A stretch of 64,000 bases of DNA. Source: Bdellovibrionota bacterium (GTDB lineage Bacteria; Bdellovibrionota_C; UBA2361; OMII01). Location of the stretch: the NCBI GenBank assembly GCA_040398075.1, contig JBBAUR010000009.1, positions 7,702 through 71,701 on the forward strand, written 5' to 3'. Position numbers and translations under genes: made by a program. The notes beneath the pieces were generated by a model. It was not told the origin of the DNA. It saw only the letters and a list, made by a program, of their open reading frames with translations, and did no database searches. Of this stretch, positions 58,821-64,000 are shown in pieces; the stretch's first letter is position 1; the number at the start of each line of letters is the position of its first letter.

Positions 58821-59180
58821 CTATTTTGCGGTTGGACAAGAGTCAATCATTGAACAAGAGGACACCCTTGCAACGCAGGTTGGATCGAGCCATACTCCTC
58901 TGTCCTCTGTGTCTACGCAGAACTTCTCACAAGAGACGAGACATACGCCTGCTGAACACACGGCTCCACGTCCACATTGAGAGTCGACGATACAGGAGAC
59001 GTTGGTTTCAATGGGTTGTGCCTCTTCACATCCCAGCTTCCTCAAGTTTGAACATGCGTTTGGGCATGCAGCTTGATCTGTCACGATTGGAGGCATTGGA
59101 GTGACGGGTTTCTCACGACACCCGATTGTGAGACAGGAAGTCACAGCGGCAATGAATTTTGTGGTCGATTCATTCTTCAT
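58821..59180 (-). CDS. Cys-rich lipoprotein
   Basis: LTIGC lipobox; many Cys residues. Confidence 0.65.
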   Translation of the reverse strand: MKNESTTKFIAAVTSCLTIGCREKPVTPMPPIVTDQAACPNACSNLRKLGCEEAQPIETNVSCIVDSQCGRGAVCSAGVCLVSCEKFCVDTEDRGVWLDPTCVARVSSCSMIDSCPTAK

Positions 59181-59182
59181 GT

Positions 59183-59980
59183 TCACCTCAGGGCCGTCAA
59201 GACCCAAAAATCGTCTGCATCTCCTACGTCCAAATAGTCATACGGCATCAGGCAATAGCCACCTGAACCCCAACCAGTTCCCCAAGAATTTCTGACTATG
59301 AGGCTCTTCTTTCCGTCATCGTATCCACAGATCATCATTGCATGGGCGCCAACGACTTCTCTCTTGTTCAGCATGGGGACCGGTTCATTCCTCAATTCGA
59401 GGAACTGCTTATCTATGGAGACACCAAAGACCACTGGGTTGGACGTCTGTGTGGCGACCTTTATCTGCCGTATCCTTTCTTCACCTGTCCCAACGATTCG
59501 ATAGTAAGAGCCGACCTTGTTGGCATACGCCTCACGATACGAACCCCAACTAGGTCTGACGAAGACCTTCGATATATCGTATGGCCACTTCTGTTCTGAA
59601 CAGGTGCCGAGAGAAGAAAGAGTGCCGATCGCCAGCCTGATGTATGTTCCTCCATCGACTTCTTGTGATCCATGCATCAGGCGTGAATTGTAATAGACGA
59701 AAAGGCGTGACAAGTCCTTGTGCGCAATTCCTTCACGGACCTGTAGAAATTCTAGGGCTCCCACGACCGAGTTGCCGACGCAAGATCCCAATTCACGTTG
59801 ATTCTCCACAGGTGAGCACCACCTTCGTAGATCGATGACTCCGTTCTTCTCAGTCACGGTCGTTGTGGCTGCGACGACGACGTCCTGGTGATCAGCGAAA
59901 ACTAGATCGACATTGTTCGCAGCGTCAGGTTGTGAAGAGTCTGTGAGCCATCCACCCACCCTCGGCGTCAAGTCTGTCAT
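59183..59980 (-). CDS. papain-like C1 cysteine peptidase
   Basis: DLR..C.PVENQ..LGSC, LSRLFVYY, GAHAM...GYDD, RNSWG..WG..GY. Confidence 0.92.
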   Translation of the reverse strand: MTDLTPRVGGWLTDSSQPDAANNVDLVFADHQDVVVAATTTVTEKNGVIDLRRWCSPVENQRELGSCVGNSVVGALEFLQVREGIAHKDLSRLFVYYNSRLMHGSQEVDGGTYIRLAIGTLSSLGTCSEQKWPYDISKVFVRPSWGSYREAYANKVGSYYRIVGTGEERIRQIKVATQTSNPVVFGVSIDKQFLELRNEPVPMLNKREVVGAHAMMICGYDDGKKSLIVRNSWGTGWGSGGYCLMPYDYLDVGDADDFWVLTALR

Positions 59981-60450
59981 TTTTGTTCCTCAAACTTCTC
60001 TTTGAGTTTTTTTGTCACCCCTACTACATCAATGACCTGACCTGCGGCCCGTCGAGCATCGATCTCCATCGGGTTGTCGTAATATGGGTGACTGTCAGGA
60101 CATCCTAGTTTTATCGCTAGGAAATTTACGACATACACCAGAGGCTGAAATACACCGAGTCTCATGCATTGCTCCACGTGTCGCTGTTCGTGGCACAATA
60201 TTGTTGACTTCTCACCTGGTTGATTGCGCAAGACGATGACGTTGCCAATCGCGTGACCTCCCCATCCCTTCCACAGCCACGCCAGTGGAAGGGGCATTTT
60301 CTTCTCAGCGACCCACACCATAGAGTGACCTAGGATGCCGTGCCATCTGTACCACCTGAAGACCTCAAACGAGAAGGCGTACGTCACGCCCAGCAGCGTC
60401 AGAGGCGATGCCCACACGTAACCCAGGAAATTCTTGACCTTGTCGAGCAT
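59977..60450 (-). CDS. HExxH membrane-associated hypothetical protein
   Basis: CHEQRHVEQ...NPMEIDAR. Confidence 0.65.
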   Translation of the reverse strand: MLDKVKNFLGYVWASPLTLLGVTYAFSFEVFRWYRWHGILGHSMVWVAEKKMPLPLAWLWKGWGGHAIGNVIVLRNQPGEKSTILCHEQRHVEQCMRLGVFQPLVYVVNFLAIKLGCPDSHPYYDNPMEIDARRAAGQVIDVVGVTKKLKEKFEEQK

Positions 60451-60515
60451 CGTTCCTACTCCTTCGGCAGGTAAATAGGCGTCGAAGTCCAATCGTGACG
60501 CGATAGTTATCCGCC

Positions 60516-61115
60516 ATGAGCACGTTGAGAAACCTGAAGGAATCAATCATACACATGGTCAACGAAGTGCGTGAAGAAGAGGGCCTCCTTTCAGAAGGCA
60601 CCCTGTGGCACATCGAAGAAGGTATAACTTTCGACAAACCTGTCTACAGGGCAGGCACTCAAAAATACTTCAAGTTGATGCGTGAGGCACGAACGCTGTA
60701 TCGAAAGGGCCTGTATACGCCTCGAACTGATTTTGAGGCTGACCTATTGGAATCTGATCTAGGGTCCTGGGACTTCTATGAGGGTCGACTGGTCCCCTTG
60801 GACTTTCCAATGAAGGTGGAGGACCTCAATGAGGCGAAGTACAAAGGGAAGGAAGTAGAACTAGGTAAACCGAAACGTGGTTCCGGTGGAAGGTCATACG
60901 TGTATGTCAGGGATCCAAAGTCAGGAAACGTGAGGAAGGTGTCCTTCGGTTCCTCGATGCCTGACGCGATGGGCGACTCCGACACGGCGAGGGCACGCCG
61001 TAAGTCCTTCGGCGAGAGACACAAATGCGCACAGAAGAAGGACAGGACGAAACCTGGATATTGGGCTTGTAGATCGACTAAGTTCTTTGGCCGAGACATC
61101 TCGGGGTGGTGGTGA
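60516..61115 (+). CDS. phage protein (EAKYKG..V.L.KP.R...YVYV.DPK.GNV.KV.FG family)
   Basis: Motif recalled from large myophages; ATAGTTA-N6-ATG. Confidence 0.75.
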   Translation: MSTLRNLKESIIHMVNEVREEEGLLSEGTLWHIEEGITFDKPVYRAGTQKYFKLMREARTLYRKGLYTPRTDFEADLLESDLGSWDFYEGRLVPLDFPMKVEDLNEAKYKGKEVELGKPKRGSGGRSYVYVRDPKSGNVRKVSFGSSMPDAMGDSDTARARRKSFGERHKCAQKKDRTKPGYWACRSTKFFGRDISGWW

Positions 61116-61453
61116 GTCGACATCCCTTTTCTGAAGTCACAGAAGGAAACGTCAAAGTGCGAACCTTCTCTGCAGACTCAGACCCGGATGAGATGGTGTG
61201 GCACCGTGACGACGAAGACAGGATCGTCAGGGTGCTGGAAGGAGAAGGATGGTACTTTCAACGTGACAACGAATTGCCCATGAGGATGAGGATAGGCGAC
61301 GTCATACAGATACCACGCCGGTCATGGCACAGGGTCATCATGCGTGAAAAAACACGTCTAGTCGTCGAGATAGCTTCTCAGCCCCACAAGGGGTCGAAAG
61401 TGCCCACGAATTTTGACCAGGAATCAGGGTTCACCAAGGACTTGAATTCGTAG
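61106..61453 (+). CDS. cupin-fold protein
   Basis: WHRD.EDR...LEGEGW...GD.I.IP...WHRV. Confidence 0.7.
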   Translation: MVVSRHPFSEVTEGNVKVRTFSADSDPDEMVWHRDDEDRIVRVLEGEGWYFQRDNELPMRMRIGDVIQIPRRSWHRVIMREKTRLVVEIASQPHKGSKVPTNFDQESGFTKDLNS

Positions 61454-62211
61454 GATTCAAACGTAGACTTGACAAAGTCCCAATCCTTGGTTGGACTTGA
61501 CGAAGTCATCTCAGCTGCCTCCTCAGGCGTCCACTCAGCGAACTGGATGAGGTCCATGTTGCGTTGAAAAACAGTCGCATTGTCTCCCTCAGCGAGGAAA
61601 TCAGCGAACTCCTGTGAGTCCACTGCTGACGCCAACCGTGCCGCAGTCTTATCGCCGCAGCCATCGAGGCCTGGAATGTTGTCTGAAGGATCACCACGAA
61701 GTGCCTTCCACACCACGTAAGGATACTCCTCAGGAGGTGAGAGGAACTCCTTGCGAACTGGATTGTAGAGCCTGACGTTTCGTCCCATCTCGAGGAGTTG
61801 AATGAAGTCGGTGTCCGATGACACGACCACCCAATCGGCCGACGTTGAAGAGTTACGAATCACGTTTGCGATGGTGTCGTCGGCCTCGAATTTCGGATGT
61901 CGCACGACTGACACGGGGAAGTGGGTCGACAAGAGCGACTTCACGACGTCGACCTGCTTGAAGAACTTCTGCAAGTCGGCGGTTCGAGGATCTTCAGGCG
62001 CCACGACCCTGTTGGCCTTGTACTCACCCATCAGTTGACGCTTCGCCACCGCTTTGCCTTCGAGTACGACGTAGAGACGGGTAGGCTTGAATTGCTCAAC
62101 AAGCGACCTCAAGCCGCGGAAGAAGTTGAAGACGACAGGATGGTCTCCGGCCTTGAAACCGCTACGGGCCCGATGCGCAGCATTCATGAAGTCCAACACG
62201 AGGATGGGCAT
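61378..62211 (-). CDS. 5'-3' exonuclease / flap endonuclease (PolI N-terminal or T4 RNase H-like)
   Basis: VLD, YKANR, EADDTIA, SSDTDF.Q, GD.SDNIPG..G.G.KTA; leaderless promoter. Confidence 0.92.
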   Translation of the reverse strand: MPILVLDFMNAAHRARSGFKAGDHPVVFNFFRGLRSLVEQFKPTRLYVVLEGKAVAKRQLMGEYKANRVVAPEDPRTADLQKFFKQVDVVKSLLSTHFPVSVVRHPKFEADDTIANVIRNSSTSADWVVVSSDTDFIQLLEMGRNVRLYNPVRKEFLSPPEEYPYVVWKALRGDPSDNIPGLDGCGDKTAARLASAVDSQEFADFLAEGDNATVFQRNMDLIQFAEWTPEEAAEMTSSSPTKDWDFVKSTFESYEFKSLVNPDSWSKFVGTFDPLWG

Positions 62212-62250
62212 GTTCTTACCTTATTACTGCTAGGTTGGGATTTGCACTCG

Positions 62251-62285
62251 GGCACAAAAGGGAACTCATGGTTCCCTTTTGTGCC
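62251..62285. terminator. perfect 15-bp hairpin between genes
   Basis: GGCACAAAAGGGAAC-TCATG-GTTCCCTTTTGTGCC. Confidence 0.6.
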
Positions 62286-62723
62286 TCACGGTTGGACTGG
62301 AATTTGCATCGACGTTGGGAGATAGACCTCACCGCCACATGACTTGATTTTCATGATGAAGTCGCGAAGCGTCGTGCCGGCATAGATGTGAGTTGAGACG
62401 TTAACGATCCCTCGCCTCGTCGGTGAAGCCAACCAAGCGACCTCTCCCCCGTTGATCCTTTGTACTGAATATGGAGAGTTGACGTACGCCTCAGACGGCA
62501 TCATGTGCTCAGAGCGCCAGGCGACCTCGACGAGTCGATGTTTGACACGTTCACCATCAGGTGATGGTTTATGGTCGTCGTAAGGTTCTCCTGCGTTGTG
62601 TTCATAGGGGGCGTCGTCCCAGTCGTCACCCCATTGCTTCTCCAGCGGAATCGAAGTGAACCACGCAAACTTGTCTCGTGAGTCGACGTAACACAGGCAA
62701 AAATCGAGGGGATCGGTGCTCAT
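62286..62723 (-). CDS. hypothetical protein (QWGDDWDDAPYEHNAG family)
   Basis: Coupled to polX by a 4-nt overlap. Confidence 0.65.
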   Translation of the reverse strand: MSTDPLDFCLCYVDSRDKFAWFTSIPLEKQWGDDWDDAPYEHNAGEPYDDHKPSPDGERVKHRLVEVAWRSEHMMPSEAYVNSPYSVQRINGGEVAWLASPTRRGIVNVSTHIYAGTTLRDFIMKIKSCGGEVYLPTSMQIPVQP

Positions 62724-63304
62724 TTGTTCCTCACGTAACGCTTGATGACGTTTTTGCTCGTCCTCTCCTCGGGCGGCACGAAGTCCATCTCGAGGAGATC
62801 GAAGAAGTCCTGTTCCTCCGGAACCCACAACTGCTCACCGGTGGGCATCGTCGGCATCACGTTGGTCATGCGGCCGCCCCCAGAGAGTTTCTTGAATCGA
62901 CCGAAGATACCGGGTACGAAGCCGTCATATGCGTTTCCATCGGGACCAGTGGCCCCGCCAGTGCGCATCAGGAAGAGTCCACCCCAATTCTCGGGTGTCG
63001 CGACGAAGAGGTCGAGGTTCATACCCTGATTGAGGCGGGCCCTGATGTACCTGGAATCTGGTCTGGGGGTCCATGGGACCACGCCTGGGACCCCCGGTTT
63101 AATCGTCTGTCCTACATCAGACACCAATTTCAGGAGTTTATTCCGGGAGCCGATGAGGGCCACGATCTCGATGTCACCGACGATAGACTTACGACGGCGA
63201 ATGGAACCTGCGATTTCCGCCCTGTCCATCGCTGGTTTCAGATGCGTCAACACATCAGATGCGATCTTCTCGGCTTCTTTCAATTCGATCTTTCCGATGC
63301 CCAT
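62720..63304 (-). CDS. minimal DNA polymerase X (palm and thumb only)
   Basis: AGSIRR...GDIEIV, LDLF, RTG, EEQDFFDLL...FVPPEER. Confidence 0.85.
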   Translation of the reverse strand: MGIGKIELKEAEKIASDVLTHLKPAMDRAEIAGSIRRRKSIVGDIEIVALIGSRNKLLKLVSDVGQTIKPGVPGVVPWTPRPDSRYIRARLNQGMNLDLFVATPENWGGLFLMRTGGATGPDGNAYDGFVPGIFGRFKKLSGGGRMTNVMPTMPTGEQLWVPEEQDFFDLLEMDFVPPEERTSKNVIKRYVRNK

Positions 63305-63371
63305 GGTTAGACTCTACACTGTTTGTGAGTAACTTTGCACCGCAAGGAAATACCGGGATCAAGGATTGACT

Positions 63372-63782
63372 TCACAATGTTGTAGGTAGTTTCACATTCG
63401 CCACTGTTCCATCTGGTAGCATCACTGAAGACGTTATGGGTTCTGGTTCTGATTCGTCGAGGTCTTCGAGGGGTACCTCTTCGTTCTTTTTTGAGACGCC
63501 ATACCATTCCTTCGATTTCGCGACGGCGGCGTCGACCAATCTCGCAACCTGTGTGGTGGCCCTCTTCGTAAGCGTCGACTTCGCCTCGTCAGCAGACTTA
63601 AAGATTTCACCTTCGATTTGATCGAGCATCACCGTGCTGGTACCGTCGGAACCAGCCTGAAGTAGGTATCTCACCTCTTCTCCTTTCAAAGACTTCTTGG
63701 TGATGACCTCTATGACTCGCATGGGATATACGTGACTCTTCTTTGTGAAGACCACGAAGAGAATTTGACCTATCTGGTACAT
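63372..63782 (-). CDS. hypothetical protein
   Basis: MYQIGQILFVV; GAGG SD. Confidence 0.6.
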   Translation of the reverse strand: MYQIGQILFVVFTKKSHVYPMRVIEVITKKSLKGEEVRYLLQAGSDGTSTVMLDQIEGEIFKSADEAKSTLTKRATTQVARLVDAAVAKSKEWYGVSKKNEEVPLEDLDESEPEPITSSVMLPDGTVANVKLPTTL

Positions 63783-64000
63783 CTCATTCCTCAAGAGGAT
63801 TGTCTTCGGAATCTTGCTGGGGTGTTGGGTCCGTCGCCAGTTGAAACACACCCAACGTAGGGGTGCTTGTTGAAGCGATCAAGAAGTCAGGAGCGTCGTC
63901 GCCGAAAGGAATTTCAGCCTCTTCAACGAGGTCTGACACCTTCTTCCACAAAAGAGACTCGATGACTGGGCGGTTCTCAGACTCAGCGAGTGCTTGACTC

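Noticed and set aside
1-64000. Cellular chromosome origin (groEL, infA, pyrB, prkA, mutM present)
   Set aside because: These genes lack their usual operon neighbours (no adjacent groES, other pyr genes or ribosomal proteins) and are mixed with an endolysin, phage-type ORFs and dispersed tRNAs. No capsid or terminase gene is in the window, so phage identity is strong inference, not proof.
1-64000. Stop-codon reassignment
   Set aside because: Conserved genes are full length in the standard code and end with TAA, TAG or TGA; no suppressor tRNA was seen.

Overview
This window looks like a 64-kb segment of a large (jumbo-type) phage genome. The host is probably a high-GC bacterium; Myxococcota-like is an inference from the FGE-domain and Cys-rich lipoproteins. 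A high-GC accessory/early region (~8-33 kb) of many small ORFs is transcribed divergently from an AT-rich, palindrome-dense non-coding locus at ~26.24-26.67 kb, using a repeated TGCAAA-N17-TAnnnT promoter that is often leaderless. Lower-GC flanks encode a sigma70 factor, endolysin, GroEL, IF-1, PyrB, a DNA-repair set (UvsE, Fpg, MBD4-like glycosylase, PolX, 5'-3' exonuclease, Nudix, RadA), a YeaH-SpoVR-PrkA operon, a two-component system and a Dam-like methylase; 8 tRNA or tRNA-like genes lie in three places. The most unusual items are: (1) a type I-E-like CRISPR mini-array fused in frame to the 3' end of a small ORF, so that a spacer encodes the protein C-terminus; (2) a tRNA-Arg(CCU)-like gene with no D-arm, whose Arg-type D-loop sequence lies 3' of the anticodon arm; (3) about 13 unrelated cargo proteins sharing an N-terminal 'LRRxIRE'-like helix, most behind a second RTAnnTA promoter; (4) an AUU-initiated Fpg. 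All calls were made by eye from motifs; no searches were run.
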